Positions 12,328 through 26,270 are shown, counted from the stretch's first letter. The stretch: DNA of 64,000 nucleotides from Eledone cirrhosa (GCA_964016885.1 OZ024744.1:77252001-77316000), one strand, 5' to 3'. Numbers and translations: made by a program. Notes: a model not told the origin generated them from the letters alone.

Positions 12328-13052
12328 ATGGTTTCTACTATAGGCACAACGCCAGCAATTTGGGGTGGAGGGGGGGGGTCGATTAAATTGACCCCAGTGC
12401 GTGACTGGTACTTTATTCTATCGACCCCGTAAGGATGAAAGGCAAAGTTAACCTCGGCGGGATTTGAATTCAGACCATAAAGGGCAGTAACTCTTTTGCT
12501 GCAAAGCATGGCGCCTGGCCCTCTAGCAATACTGCCATTCCACTGCCCTATTATCCTACCTTATAATACCCATCACTCCACCAGAAAAAAACCCTAAAAA
12601 CAAAAACCCACAAAAAACACTAGCAACACCACCTAGTAATATCACCATCACTAAACTAAAATCGGCCATCATATCAACAATACCACACCCGACCCGTTAA
12701 CAGAGCTGCTATGTGGTCGCTCGACTTCCCCGATATAGTAGCCAAATTTCCCCCAAACACATTGTGTAATGTGTGATGTAGACTTAAATACAGTTCGTCC
12801 AAGGTGTGAGACATTGGTTAATGTAGCCCTATAAGCATTATGTTTATTGGCAGAATCGGTAGAGCGTCGGAGACCATGCTTCATGGCATAGTTACGTTTC
12901 TTTACGTTCTGAGTTCAAATCCTGTCGAGGTTATTTTTGCCTTTCATTCTTACGGTGGTTGATAAAATAAAGTACCAGTAATGCACTGGATCGATTTAAT
13001 CGACTTTCCCCTCCTCCAAAATATTGTTGGTCTTCTGCCTAAATTAGAAACC
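12328..13052. mobile_element. Two SINE family A copies (12328-12550 -, 12845-13052 +)
   Basis: Match to the family consensus. Confidence 0.8.
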
Positions 13053-13139
13053 ATCATGTTTAGGGGGAAAATAAGTCGGTAAAGTCATGGCTAGAGCGCC
13101 TTCGTTCATAGGTCTTAGTCGGTCACGGCTGACCTGTGA

Positions 13140-13865
13140 CTAAACAGCATCAACACACCACCATCAACACACCACCATCCCACATAACAACGAAGACTAC
13201 CGTCACAACGCTACACCTTGCCACTACCACTACCGTTACCAACACCAAAACATTACACTACATCACTACATTGCCCCAACCAACTCCAAAACCACCACCA
13301 TCACCAACACCAATACATAACACTACATGTCTACACCAATACCGACATCACCACCAATATATCACCAGTGCATCACACTACATGACTACGTACTACCACT
13401 ACCACCACCACCATCACCACTAACATCTCATCAACAGTTTACACTATAATACCACCACCACAACCACCACCATCACCATCACCACCACCACCAGCACCAC
13501 CACCTCATTACCTCTACCACCACCTCCTCACTACCTCAACCACTCCTAAACCCTCTCTACCATCGCCACCACCACCACTACCACTACCACCACCACCACC
13601 ACCACCTACACCAACCACCACCTTTTCACTTCCTCAACCAACACTACATTCTCTCTACCATCACCACCATAATCAACACTACTACCACCACTACCACCAC
13701 CACCACCACCACCACCACCACCACAACCACCACCACCTCACTACCTCAACCTCCACCACCATCACCACCACCACCATAATCATATCCACCAATCACCACT
13801 ACAACCTCACCACCACCACCACCACCACCACCACCACTACACCCTCACTACTTCCACCATCATCA
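13140..13865. repeat. Degenerate (CAC/CAT/CTA)n low-complexity tract
   Basis: Direct inspection. Confidence 0.9.
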
Positions 13866-14185
13866 AACAAGGGCTAGCAGGAAGAGAGGGATTTTCAAGC
13901 AGGCTACTACAGTTCAGGGAAAGAATTATTGGACGCCAAAAAAAAAATAATAAATAAATAAAATAAAATAAAGACTAAAATATAATATAGTAGCGAAACA
14001 GAAGCGAGGTGTGTAAATTAATTAAGAGGTGGTGAGTGTATGAAACTGTAGACTGTTGGATTAAATCCATTGGGTACCAGCAGATAACATCATTTTCTAA
14101 CGAAGGTTTCTGCCAGAAAATGTTAGATATTTCCTCTTCCTCTTAGCAAAGCAATTTAATCCACTTCTGAGCTGTTAGATAAAAT

Positions 14186-14269
<84 letters not shown>

Positions 14270-14978
14270 CGTTACGTTCCTTCACGGTATTATGAATTCA
14301 GATCCCATCAAGGTTGACTACTTTCAATTTCCTCTCCCGGATTTCATAGAATAAATAAATACCAGTGATTAACTAATTTCAATATTAATCGATTAAAATA
14401 TCTAACAGCGATAATATTGCTTTTTGCTGAACTCCTTATTGTAGAGTTTTTTTCGGAATGTTTTTGACTGTTGTTTCATGTAAACAAACATTCGTCTCAT
14501 TCTGACGTCACCAGCCCTGTTTTTCCACATGTGCGTTTTATTGTCATAATCACGCATGATGTTAAACTAGCCTGCTTTTAAATTCCCTTTTTTTTGGCAT
14601 ATTAATCAGTGAGAATTTGGCTATCGTGTTGAGCTCTGCTGACGATCGGATTCCAACCGTGACCATCTCCACTGAAAGTTTTCGTGAAATAGTCTTTTCA
14701 AGACTCTACAGAGCATTTGTAGTTGTCCCAAATTGAAGGATGAGTATTTTAAACTTTATTTTATCATGAGGTAAGGCTCTATTGATTTCTCCCTGGATTT
14801 CACTAAATTCTGTTGGATAAATCTATATCCTGATTCTTTTTGAATTGAGTTTGAATTATTTTTCCCACATCTTACGTTAACTATTTTCCCATTTTGACGC
14901 TATAGTCACTTATATATTATGGAATACTGTTGGCTTCTTGCTACAATACTTTCTATACCTTTCATTTATATATATATG

Positions 14979-15009
<31 letters not shown>

Positions 15010-15051
15010 TAAAAATGGCGTAAACAACACAAAAGGAGGGAACATGATAAT

Positions 15052-15101
15052 AGTATCACTGATGATGTTGCAGGTATACAACGAAAGAACTTTGTTAGAC
15101 T
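15052..15101 (+). ncRNA. Minimal hammerhead in element 14998-15290
   Basis: CA-CTGATGA-T-GTTG caggtata CAAC-GAAA-GAAC-TT-TG; homologous to 62792-62841. Confidence 0.65.
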
Positions 15102-15295
15102 ATATATATTTATATCTGTATTTTTTACCGTTGGTCAGTCAGTGATAAACATTGATGGCCAAATAAATTAACTGAGGAGATATAAAAGATGCAGAAGCGA
15201 AAACCAACCAAACAGTGAGTGTGTTCTGTTATTATTTCTGGCAATATTTTTACAACAATATGACCCTCCCTAAATATAACAATATATATATATAT

Positions 15296-15600
15296 ACAGT
15301 TGTCCCCCTGCGAATGCTCTAGCAGTGTAACCCACCTCGATGAGTGAAAAACCGCGAATATTGGACGTGGTTAAAAACATAACGCAAAATATAGGCCGGC
15401 AAATACGGTAGATTGCTATTAATAATTTAGCGTGAAAAAGCGTGAAAAAATATATATTGCCACGAAAAAAGCTTTTAACAAATCGCGGAAGATATTTACG
15501 ATTTCGCGAATATAAGGCGGTTTGCACGAACAATTATTAGTTAGGTTCTAAGGAAAATTCCGCGAATAACCTTGACCGCAAATGCCGGGGATACACAGTT
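15296..15600. mobile_element. pogo/Tigger-like MITE remnant
   Basis: TA-CAGTTGTCCCCTGCG.. internal CCGCGAATA repeats ..GCCGGGGATACACAG. Confidence 0.45.
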
Positions 15601-15760
15601 CGAAATGCATCAACGTTGGACACCAGCAGGTGACGATAGCCTCCGGTGTTTTTGCATAGCTATGGCTGTCTCAATGTTTATTTATAAACATACCGTATTT
15701 CTTTAGAAATGCGAAATTCCAATACATATCTGCTCGAAGCTAAATCCTAATTCTATTCTG

Positions 15761-15924
<164 letters not shown>

Positions 15925-16673
15925 AAGGTATATATCGAAGTTGTAGCTGACATACAGCAGGTACTATTCTAGTTGTTTGAGACAATCACAAAACACTCAA
16001 TGGAGCGACAAGTTAATACATTATCATCCCGAATAAACCTACCGAAGGCAGAGGCCATACTTATAACCACAACAGCGATAAATACAGAAAGGTTTATCAG
16101 TCACATCACACTGTTATACGATGGTCGGCTGAAAAGTTCAAAGGCTGACCAAGATACTCTCATGGAATGACCAAATGAGGTTTATTTTTCAACAGAGTCC
16201 ATGGTAAGAAACAACGCCGAGGTTAACTTTGCCTTTCATCCTTACGGGGTCGATAAAATAAAGTACCAGTAATGTACTGGGCAATTGCTGGCCTTGTGCC
16301 AATAGTAGAAACAATTATTTTATTATTATTTTATTATTTTTTCGTTATTTTTTTATTATTATTTTTTTTATTATTTTACTTTATTTTATTTTATTATTTC
16401 TATTATTTTTATATTTTTTATTACTTTATTATAATTTATATTATGTTTTAACCATTGTCTATTTTTTATGCTTTTGCATTTTTTTGCTTTTGCATTGTTT
16501 GTTTTTGTGTGCCATCCATTATATCTGCATCTTGTTGAATCCGCTTATGCCCTGGTATTTAGCTGCGGTGCTTAACAACCCCAGCATGCACCTCTTTGTT
16601 CGCCATCTCCAATCTCCTTATCTTTATTCTGATTGTTCGTGTGACTAGGTTTTTGTGGAGCTGTACTTATTAG

Positions 16674-16718
16674 GCTCTGAGGATTCCTGCCAAAAGGTGA
16701 GGATGAAACATTGTAAGT
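16674..16718 (+). ncRNA. Minimal hammerhead (family also at 50802-50846)
   Basis: GCT-CTGAGGA-T-TCCT..AGGA-T-GAAA-CATTG-TA-AGT, then shared tail TGAGTATGTAAGCGTTCTTTG into (TA)n. Confidence 0.65.
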
Positions 16719-16761
16719 AAATAAAGACTATTTGAGTATGTAAGCGTTCTTTGGTATCTTT

Positions 16762-16820
<59 letters not shown>

Positions 16821-17307
16821 ATGAGGAAAATGTGAAGTTGTAGATGTTAAACAGTCTTTTATTAACAAAGCTTTTATACATATTTCGATGACGATCGATA
16901 CGTGATTTTATCAGACAACAACATTGAGTAAAAGGTAACGTTTCCGAGGCAATTATGGGTGGAAGAGAGCGGACTAAATTAAGAATCCAGCTTCTATAAT
17001 TTTCGGCGGAAGCAGGGGAGTGCGTGGCTCTGATGAACACCAACCAGCGTGAAACAGACTGTCAGACTCTCTCCCTTCTTTCGCCGAAAAGAAGTAAGTG
17101 ACATAGTCAGTACTTTAAAACTGATAGCGTATGGTCTTCTAAATGTTTTTAATTAAACATACGGTATATTGTCAAATATACTATACATACATTTATGTAT
17201 AAATTTTGCTGTCTGATAAAATCACGATATCGATCGTCATCGAAATATGTGTAAAAGCTTTGTTAATAAAAGACTGTTTAACATCTACAACTTCACATTT
17301 TCCTCAT
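16821..17307. mobile_element. Inverted-repeat element with two hammerhead motifs between (TA)n tracts
   Basis: Arms 16821-16917 and 17210-17307; HHRs at 17026-17067 and 17208-17258. Confidence 0.7.
17026..17067 (+). ncRNA. Minimal type I hammerhead with GUC cleavage site
   Basis: GGCT-CTGATGA-ACAC caacca GCGT-GAAA-CAG a CTG-TC-AGAC. Confidence 0.7.
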
Positions 17308-17314
17308 ATATATA

Positions 17315-17420
17315 CAGTGTCCCCCAAAAAATGTATACACACTTCAACAGCATTCTACATTCTAATAAGTATTGCCGGTATAGGTAATCAAAGTGCGTAT
17401 ACATTTTTGGGGACACCCTG
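17315..17420. mobile_element. Tc1/mariner-type MITE
   Basis: TA-CAGTGTCCCCCAAAAAATGTATAC..GTATACATTTTTGGGGACACCCTG-TA. Confidence 0.8.
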
Positions 17421-18052
17421 TATATATATATATACGTATATATAAATTACATAATATAAAATATAAAATATAAAATATAAAATATAAAATATAAAATATA
17501 AAATATAAAATATAAAAAAAAAATTGTTATGGAAGTATTTGGTTAACTGAGCGCAATACATTATTGCTACTTATTTTATCGATCTCGGTAGGATGGAATG
17601 GAAATTCGACTCTGACGCGATTTGAACTCAGAAAATAGAGAAATGAAACTCAACACTCCCAAGACATTTAGCACGAGTATCTGAAATCTCTGTTCGTTCA
17701 ACGACCTGAATAAATTAAATAAGCTTTACGTACATTGGCACAGAACCAAGGATTGATAGGAGAGATATACTTGATTGATACTAGAGAGAAAGAGAGTCTC
17801 TCTCTCTCTCTTTCTCTCTCTCGCTCTCTCTCTCTCTCTTTACATTCGACCTGCAAAAAATAGCAGCAACATTTCCCTCAAATGACACATCCTATCTTCT
17901 TCGTAATGAGCGAAAGACACATTAAATAGCATAGACCTAGACATGGATGTAGGTATTTGACGTACGCTTCACAACCATTTAGCTCGGATTTAATCTTACA
18001 ACGTGGCACATGTTTGTTTGCTGTTTTACCATAGCCTAGGCTTGACCGTGAA

Positions 18053-18372
18053 GGCCCGTGGCTTTGTGGTTAGGGTATTCGGTTTACAATCGTAAGGTCG
18101 TGAGTTCGTTTCTCGGCGGCACGTGGTGTCCTTCAGCAAGACCTTTTATTTCATGTTGCTCCAGTCCATTCAGCTGGAAAAAATGAGTTGTACCTGTAAT
18201 TCGAAGGGCCAGCCTTGTCACATTCTGTGTCACGCTGAATCTCCCTGAGAACTACATTAAAAGTACGCGTGTCTGTGGAATGCTCATCCACTTGACCGTT
18301 AATTTTACAAGCAGGCTGTTCCGTTGATTGGATCAACTGGAACACTCGTCATGGTAACCGACGAAGTGCCAG
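18053..18372 (+). mobile_element. CORE-type tRNA-derived SINE (family B)
   Basis: A-box TGGCTTTGTGG, B-box GAGTTCGTT, CORE-like TGTCCTTCAGCAAGAC..GCTCCAGTCCATTCAGCTG. Confidence 0.8.
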
Positions 18373-18554
18373 GTATAGTTATATAGTTATATTCTTGACC
18401 AATCAAATTTTACTTATGTGGTCCCATATGTGATCAAGTAGGCCAATATAGAGTTCACAAATCCAGTCATAGCTTGGGCCTTTGTTGTTTGGCGAAATAA
18501 GGGGTACTATTTGTTTACTCCATGCAATTTTCTACACTGACGTTTGTCGAGATG

Positions 18555-18730
18555 CAGACCTGTCAAATTCTCCCCGTCCGACGGTGAGATCTCCCCGTTT
18601 TGGTTCGTTCCTCTCCGTCTACCCATTATTGTGAAAATGGGTATAGTTTTCATGATGTAAAATCTCCCCTTTTGGGACACTTTTTTTCATGGTACTCCCC
18701 GTTTGGAATTTTTAGAGGTTGGCATGTCTG
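18555..18730. mobile_element. MITE with CAGACCTG(C/T)CAAC TIRs (copies at 33665-33821 and 34125-34302)
   Basis: Three ~160-180-bp copies with terminal inverted repeats and shared internal sequence. Confidence 0.75.
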
Positions 18731-18779
18731 GAGATGTTCACTTATTACTGTGTCAAAGTGTTGGTCTCCATTATTAATT

Positions 18780-18955
18780 GAATTGGCAGTATCGGTAGAG
18801 GGTCGGACGCCATGCTTTGAAGCATATAGTTACCTCCCTTTATGATCTGAGTTCAAATACCGCTGAGTTTAACTTTGCCATTCATCCTTACGGGGTCGAT
18901 AAAATAAAGTACCAGTAATACACTGGGATAATTGTGCCAAAAGTAGAAACAATTA
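18780..18955 (+). mobile_element. SINE family A
   Basis: Match to the family consensus. Confidence 0.8.
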
Positions 18956-19458
18956 TTAATTTGTTACCATTTGTGTCAGCAATTCACCATCGATTGTACT
19001 TGTATACATTGCTGCCGTATTTTTTTCCCCTGTAAGTAGGTCATTGAACCATCCCCTTTGTCCTTCTGGCGTGCATTTTTCCGTCCGTCGGTTAGAAATA
19101 AGACAGTTGTTCGAGCAACTGATAATCTGACATATGCACGTCATGCTTAACTCAACGAAGCTAATATTATAATAATCATGATTTCAATAGAAGAGATATT
19201 GCATTGCTTGAGTACGCTGACATTCTCACGTCAATTCTGACACTGGATATTGATAATTTTCCTCGTCAATATCAGTAATTAAAACATCGGTTAAAAGCCG
19301 GCTGCTCTTCCAACGAAGTCTACCATTGAATTACAAAGCGTATTCATCGTTATCATATATGAAATCAACTAATAATTGACCTGTTGAAAACATTTAACTA
19401 AACTATCGCTGTTGTTCATAGATTGCGACATGAAATAAAATAATCAACCATAATAATT

Positions 19459-19498
<40 letters not shown>

Positions 19499-19521
19499 AA
19501 TCAGCCATAATAATTGTTCTC

Positions 19522-19552
<31 letters not shown>

Positions 19553-19634
19553 CACATATACATATATATATATATACACACACACAAGCGTGAAGCTAAT
19601 AACACTATGTACTATTAACTCCTGCGTTTGTTTG

Positions 19635-19672
<38 letters not shown>

Positions 19673-19761
19673 GTAAGTTATTCCGGGTTGAATCGGAGGT
19701 AACCACAGTAAGTAAAGTACTCAATACATAGCAGAGTATAAAAGTTTTAATATATTAAAAC

Positions 19762-19868
<107 letters not shown>

Positions 19869-20047
19869 CTGTATGTGTCTGCGTGTATACATATGTGTCT
19901 ATGTGTATACATATGTGTGTGTGCGTCTGGAGCGCTTTAATATTAACTCACATCAACATAACATACACACAATGCATTTTCTATAACAGCCATGTTGTTT
20001 TATATAATTATATCCTCGAAATAAATTATGAAAAAGTATAATTATTT

Positions 20048-20480
20048 AGCCTTTCATCCTTACGGGGTCGATAAAATAAAGTACCAGTGATGCTGGCCTT
20101 GTGCCAAAAGTAGAAACAATTATTTACTTGACGCATAGAGTTACGGCCCTTGCCATTCTGCGTTCAAATCCCGCCGAGGTTAACTTTGCCTTTCATCCTT
20201 ACGTGGGTCGATAAAATAAAATACCAGTAATACACTGGGTAAATTGCTGGCCTTGTGCCAAACGTAGAAACAATTATTTACTTTAATTGGCGGTGGATTG
20301 GCAGTATCGGTAGAGGGTTGGACGCCATGCTTTGACGCATAGAGTTACGGCCCTTGCCATTCTGAGTTCGAATCCCGTCGAGGTTAACTTTGCCTTTCAT
20401 CCTTACGGAGTCGATAAGATAAAGTACCAGTAATACACTGGGTATTTGCTGGCCTTGTGCCCAAAGTAGAAACAATTATT
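20048..20480 (+). mobile_element. Three tandem SINE family A copies, progressively less 5'-truncated
   Basis: 20048-20122, 20128-20277 and 20288-20480, each ending GTAGAAACAATTATTTACT. Confidence 0.85.
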
Positions 20481-20799
20481 TACTTTAATCACTTCCAGAT
20501 CTCAGTACTCAACATAAACTATAGGGTTTCTCAAAATCAAAAAAATCACGATTTGTTTGTTTTATTTGGGGTGGGTTGGGGGTCATGTTGTCCTAATATT
20601 GCCAAAAATAATAATAAAACATGCTCACTATTTGGTTTGGTTTGGTTTGGTTTAAGCTTTAGTTCAGTATACTTTTATAAATAATTTAGTTGGCAATCAA
20701 TGTTTATCATTGATTGACTAACAGTTAAAATTATGAATATAAATATAATTTCTCAAATTATATATATCCGGGAATCCTTGTCTATATGGAATATATGAA

Positions 20800-21120
20800 T
20801 GCGCATGGCTTAGTGGTTAGAGCATTGGGCTTGCAATTGAAAGGTTGGGAGTTCGATTCTCGGACCGGGTGATGCGTTGTGTTCTTGAGCAAGACACTTT
20901 ATTTCACGTTGCTCCAATTTACTTAGCTGTAGAAATGAGTTGCGACGTCACTGGTGCCAAGCTGTATCTGTCATTGCCTTTCCCTTGGACCTCATCGGTG
21001 GCGTAGAGAGGGGAGGCTGGTATGCATGGGCGACTGATGGTCTTCCACAAACAACCTTGCTTGGACTTGTACCTCATAGGGAAACTTTCTAGGTGCAAAT
21101 CCCGTGGTCATGCGTGACCG
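20800..21120 (+). mobile_element. CORE-type SINE (family B variant; also 36137-36500)
   Basis: GCATGGCTTAGTGGTTAGAGC..GAGTTCGATTC..TTCTTGAGCAAGACACTTTATTTCACGTTGCTCC. Confidence 0.85.
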
Positions 21121-21972
21121 ACATACCGATGGCATATCGATACTGGACTCCAAAAATTCAATATTTTTTACGCTATTGTTGTCATTATTGACAGCAATTG
21201 TCCAATAGAATTATATAAAATACACAATGCTTGAAATAAGGTCAAGATGGTAATGACTGAAGAGAAATAAATGAAAACTAAAGCTGGCTCACACGGTAAT
21301 GTTTCTGCCACTCAACATTTCTAAAATAATTTTTTTAAGATTTGAATATTTATACATACAAAGTTATTGCTGTTATTTAGGCCAAACTTGGCTTTGCTTA
21401 AAGGCGCTTTCCATTTCATCTTTTATTCTAATATAGTGCATGTATGTATTAAGGACCCATGACTCCTGACGGTGTCGTAGGGACGCCATATTAACAAACA
21501 GCGTTTGGGGGGCAATTTTAAACTGGGCTGAGCCCATCTCCTTTCCAGGTCTGAACACATATTTCTTTCAGACAAGGGAAGGGAGTGATAGAAAGGAAGT
21601 GAGAAAGAGATATAGAAGAAGAATTGACTGGGGTTTTTTTTTTTTTTTTTTTTATCGACCTCGAAACTATGAACGGCAAAGTTGACATCGGCAGAATTTG
21701 AACTCAGAAAGGAGCAGAGAGACGGAATGATACCACAAAGCGTTCTAGCCGACGTTCTAACGGTTCTGCCAATTTGTCACCTAATATAGTCTATATTGGA
21801 CTAAATTACGCAATATGTCCTTCCTTTTTTTAAGATGGTAGACTGTTCTTATTATTCAACCCCAAGTCATCCCTGATCTAGGATACGTATCGTATAGTTC
21901 ACCGAGTCTCCAACCACGATTATCCAGTCTTTATTTCCTGCAATGTGTCTATCTAGAACTACGGTAACTAAT

Positions 21973-22330
21973 ACTTTCTCCAGTCGCAACCTGGTGCAGT
22001 CTGCGACTAACCCAGGTTCTGCTGCACATTTGGGCTGAGGAGACCAAACTCTTCAAATACCGGTCGCTCTGCGATAGGTTTGCGGTTGTACTCTTGGCAG
22101 TGGAGTCTTCTGGTGTCCTCGGTCCTAGGGCTACCACCCTACTCACCACCATAGGCGTTAAGCTGACAAGCCACAGGTGTGAGTCCCGCGAGCTGGAATG
22201 GCTTTTCCAGCGCGTCTCCCTTGCCGTCCTCCAGGGGAAACGCCTTCTCCATTCTGTCCGCCGGGGCTGTGCGGAGGCCACCAATATGACTTGTCATTTT
22301 ATCAGTCAGATGTTTCTAACCAATGCAGTG
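21973..22330 (+). pseudogene. CRE-like non-LTR retrotransposon 3' end (restriction-like endonuclease tail) with target-site duplication
   Basis: AEETKLFKYRSL..AVESSGVLGPRA..LFQRVSLAVLQG motif; flanking 23-bp direct repeats at 21950-21972 and 22331-22353. Confidence 0.75.
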
Positions 22331-22429
22331 TATCTAGAACTACCGTAACCAATTTGTCTTTCTTAATTTCCAAAAGACTGTAAGGTGTAATTTGTGTGTG
22401 CGTGTGTGTGTGTATGTGTGCGTGTGTGC

Positions 22430-22506
<77 letters not shown>

Positions 22507-22661
22507 TGAGAGAGAGGGAGAAAGAGATTTAGGTGTAATATCTAGCATGTCGATCGACCACGTAAAAGCTCCTTCAATAAAATGTAGGATTAGTATGACT
22601 TAGTATACGTATGTGTGATAAAATAAAATGTGTGTGCGCGTGTATACGTCTTATATGCTCC

Positions 22662-22697
<36 letters not shown>

Positions 22698-22970
22698 CTG
22701 TTATGAATGTATATGTATGTTCGTATGTATACGTGTATGTGTATGTGTGTGTTTGTGATAAAGTAGAATGTAGGTACGCATATATATATGTGTGTGTGCT
22801 GTTATGAAAGTATATGCCTGCGTGTTCGTATGTATACGTACGTGTGTGTGTGAATGTTGTCTAAAAGGTGAGACAACGCATTTCTTGTGAACTAAGATAT
22901 TTTATGTATGAGAGAACATACATACGTATGTGTACTTCAGCATGTGTATGTGTTCACATGAACATAATAT

Positions 22971-23019
<49 letters not shown>

Positions 23020-23182
23020 TCATACTTATATACATATATATACAAAACTCAAAGGAAATAAGAGAATGTATGTATGGGTGTGTGTGTGTATATATATATA
23101 CAATACACACAGACACACACATCACACACATATATATATGATTATATATATATTATATATATATGCCAAAAGTAGAAACAAT

Positions 23183-23214
<32 letters not shown>

Positions 23215-23307
23215 TGTGTGCGTGTAAAAGGTAAACAGAAATAACACAATCGGTACAGTATATGGAAGGTATATATTAGGTTAACGCTTGATATAGCAGG
23301 AAGAGAG

Positions 23308-23343
23308 TCTTAACGTTTCGGACGCTAGTCCTTCATCAGAAGA
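23308..23343 (-). ncRNA. Minimal type I hammerhead in a dispersed element (23225-23370)
   Basis: Minus strand TCTT-CTGATGA-A-GGAC tagc GTCC-GAAA-CG-TT-AAGA, with all helices paired. Confidence 0.8.
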
Positions 23344-23503
23344 AAGAATGAAAAATAAGATAGATTGAAGGGACAGGCGGGTTGGAATTGGAAAAAATGT
23401 CTTTAGATAAAAATAACAGGTCCAATATATATATACCTAACTCGTCCCATGGACTGAGTGCTCTACCTACCACTACGGATATTACCTTCCAGTGTTCTAC
23501 CAC

Positions 23504-23690
23504 TGGATTGGCAGTATCGGTAGAGAGTCGGACACCATGCTTTGAAGCATAGAGTTACGTCCCTTTATGATCTGAGTTCAAATCCCGCCGATGTTAACTT
23601 TGCCTTTCATCCTTACGGAGTCGATAAAATAAAGTACCAGTAATACACTGAGTATTTTGAAGGCCTTGTGCCAAAAGTAGAAACAATTAT
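23504..23690 (+). mobile_element. SINE family A
   Basis: Match to the family consensus. Confidence 0.85.
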
Positions 23691-23794
23691 ATATATTTAT
23701 ATATATATATATGTATACAAATATATATATGTATACATATATATATGTATATATATATATATATATGTATACATATATATATATATTTGTATAT

Positions 23795-23844
<50 letters not shown>

Positions 23845-23957
23845 GATTGTAAGTACTTATATGTATATATGTATGTGTTTGTAGGTATTTATATGTATGT
23901 ATATGTATGTAGGTATTTATATGTAAATCTATGTATGTAGGTATTCATATGTATATA

Positions 23958-24011
23958 TGTATGTGTGTGTGTCTATCTGTATATGTATGTGTACGCGTTA
24001 TGTGAATTTTG

Positions 24012-24081
<70 letters not shown>

Positions 24082-24146
24082 CTATCTGTATACGTATGTG
24101 TGTGTGTCTATCTGTATATGTATGTGTACGCGTTATGTGAATTTTG

Positions 24147-24216
<70 letters not shown>

Positions 24217-24385
24217 CTATCTGTATACGTATGTGTGTGTGTCTATCTGTATATGTATGTGTACGCGTTATGTGAATTTTGTATTATATATATATATATA
24301 TATATATATAATACAAAATTCACATAACGCGTACACATACATATACAGATAGACACACACACATACGTATACAGATAGACACACA
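23958..24385. repeat. Three ~135-bp tandem units plus one inverted unit around (TA)n
   Basis: GTCTATCTGTATATGTATGTGTACGCGTTATGTGAATTTTGTATTA(TA)n three times, then its reverse complement at 24309-24385. Confidence 0.85.
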
Positions 24386-24616
24386 CTCACACACACTCAC
24401 ACACATATATATATGTGTGTGTGTGTGTGTCTATCTGTATACGTATGTGTGTGGTTGGCATTGCACAGCGGAGTGGTCAGATCAGGACATTAAGTCCTCC
24501 TTTCCATTTCGGTAGCAGATTAGCTTAAAAACATGCGGTCACCATGACAACGGAACTATGGGATGAAGTAGCAAGGTCACCAATTTGAACTCTTGAACCA
24601 AAAAACAAAAAAAAAA

Positions 24617-24649
<33 letters not shown>

Positions 24650-24769
24650 AAAGAGAGAAAGAAAGAAAGAAGCGAGGGAGAGGTAAAGGAAGGGAGGAAG
24701 AAAAGGAAAAGGAGAGAAAAAGAAAAGAAAATACCCACAAAATGAGGTGTAGATACAAACGGTCCGAGT

Positions 24770-25090
24770 TAGTAGTAATAGTAGTGGTAGTAGTAGTTGT
24801 AGTAGTGGTGGTGGTGGTGGTGGTGGTGGTGGTAGTAGTAGTAGTGGTGGTGGTGGTAGTAGTTGTAGTAGTGGTAGTAGTAGTAGTTGTAGTAGTGGTG
24901 GTGGTGGTGGTGGTGGTGGTAGTAGTTGTAGTAGTGGTAGTAGTAGTAGCTGTAGTAGTGGTGGTGGTGGTGGTGGTAGTAGTAGTAGTAGTGGTAGTGG
25001 TGGTGGCGGTAGTAGTTGTAGTAGTGTTGGTGGTGGTGGTACTAGTAATAGTAGTAGTAGTAGTAGTAGTGGTGGTGATGGTAGTAGTAT

Positions 25091-25125
<35 letters not shown>

Positions 25126-25804
25126 ATAGCAGCAGTAATGGTGGTGATGGTGGTGGTGGTGATGGTGGTGGCGGTGGAGATGGTGGTACTAGTAGTAGTA
25201 GTAGTAGTAGTAGTGATAGTGGTGGTAGTGGTAGTAATAGTAAATCTGAGAGGGGGAGCGTTAAAAGAAAGATAAAACTAAATGTGAGGTGGATGTGTTT
25301 GTATGTAAGGGGGGGGGAGGTAGGGGGGAGGTATTGGTTATTGGAGGAAACAGAAGAAAATATCATCATCATCATCATCATCATCGCCCTGACTATCAGC
25401 ACCAACATCAACCTAACCTTCACCTTCACCACCACCACCACCACCACCACCACCACCACTACCACCACCATTATTATTACCATCACCACGACCATCATCA
25501 TCATCATTATCAACATCACTACCACCACTATCATAATTACTACCACCATCTCCACCACCAGTATTGACACTATCACAACCACTAATACCACCACCACCAT
25601 CATCATCATCATCAGCAAAATTACCACCAGTGTCACCACTATTATAATTACCACCACCACCACCACCACCACCACCACCACCACCACCACCATTGTCACT
25701 ATTACAACCACCAACACCTCCATCATAATCATCATCATCATCATCATCATCATTATCATATGACCACCGTCATCACCACCGTTATCAACACCATCATCGT
25801 CATT

Positions 25805-25847
<43 letters not shown>

Positions 25848-26270
25848 CCGAATATAGTTTTACTTCAAAGGTGGGAGGGGGATGTATGTGGTAGGGGAGA
25901 GATGTTGGATGAGGGCAGGGGAGGGATGAAGGAAATGGAGGAGAGTTATCTATTGGTCATCGTTAAAATACTCTTACTTCTATTATCCCACCACCACCAC
26001 CACCAACACCACCACCACCACCACCAACACTACTACGACCATCACCACCAACACCAACAACACCACCATAACACCAACACTACGACCTTCACAACCACCA
26101 CCACCAACACCACCACTACCACCACCACCACCACTACAACCACCACCACCATCACCACCACCACCACCACCTCCACCACTACCAACACCAACAGCACCAC
26201 CACCACCACCACCACCTCCACCACTACCAACACCAACAGCACCACCACCACCACCACCACCACCACCACT
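24770..26270. repeat. (GTA/GTG)n and (CAC/CAT)n low-complexity tracts
   Basis: Direct inspection; these tracts explain the poly-V/T/H ORFs. Confidence 0.9.

Noticed and set aside
20800-20865. tRNA gene
   Set aside because: It has A/B boxes but runs straight into the CORE-like SINE body with no intact acceptor stem; it is a SINE head
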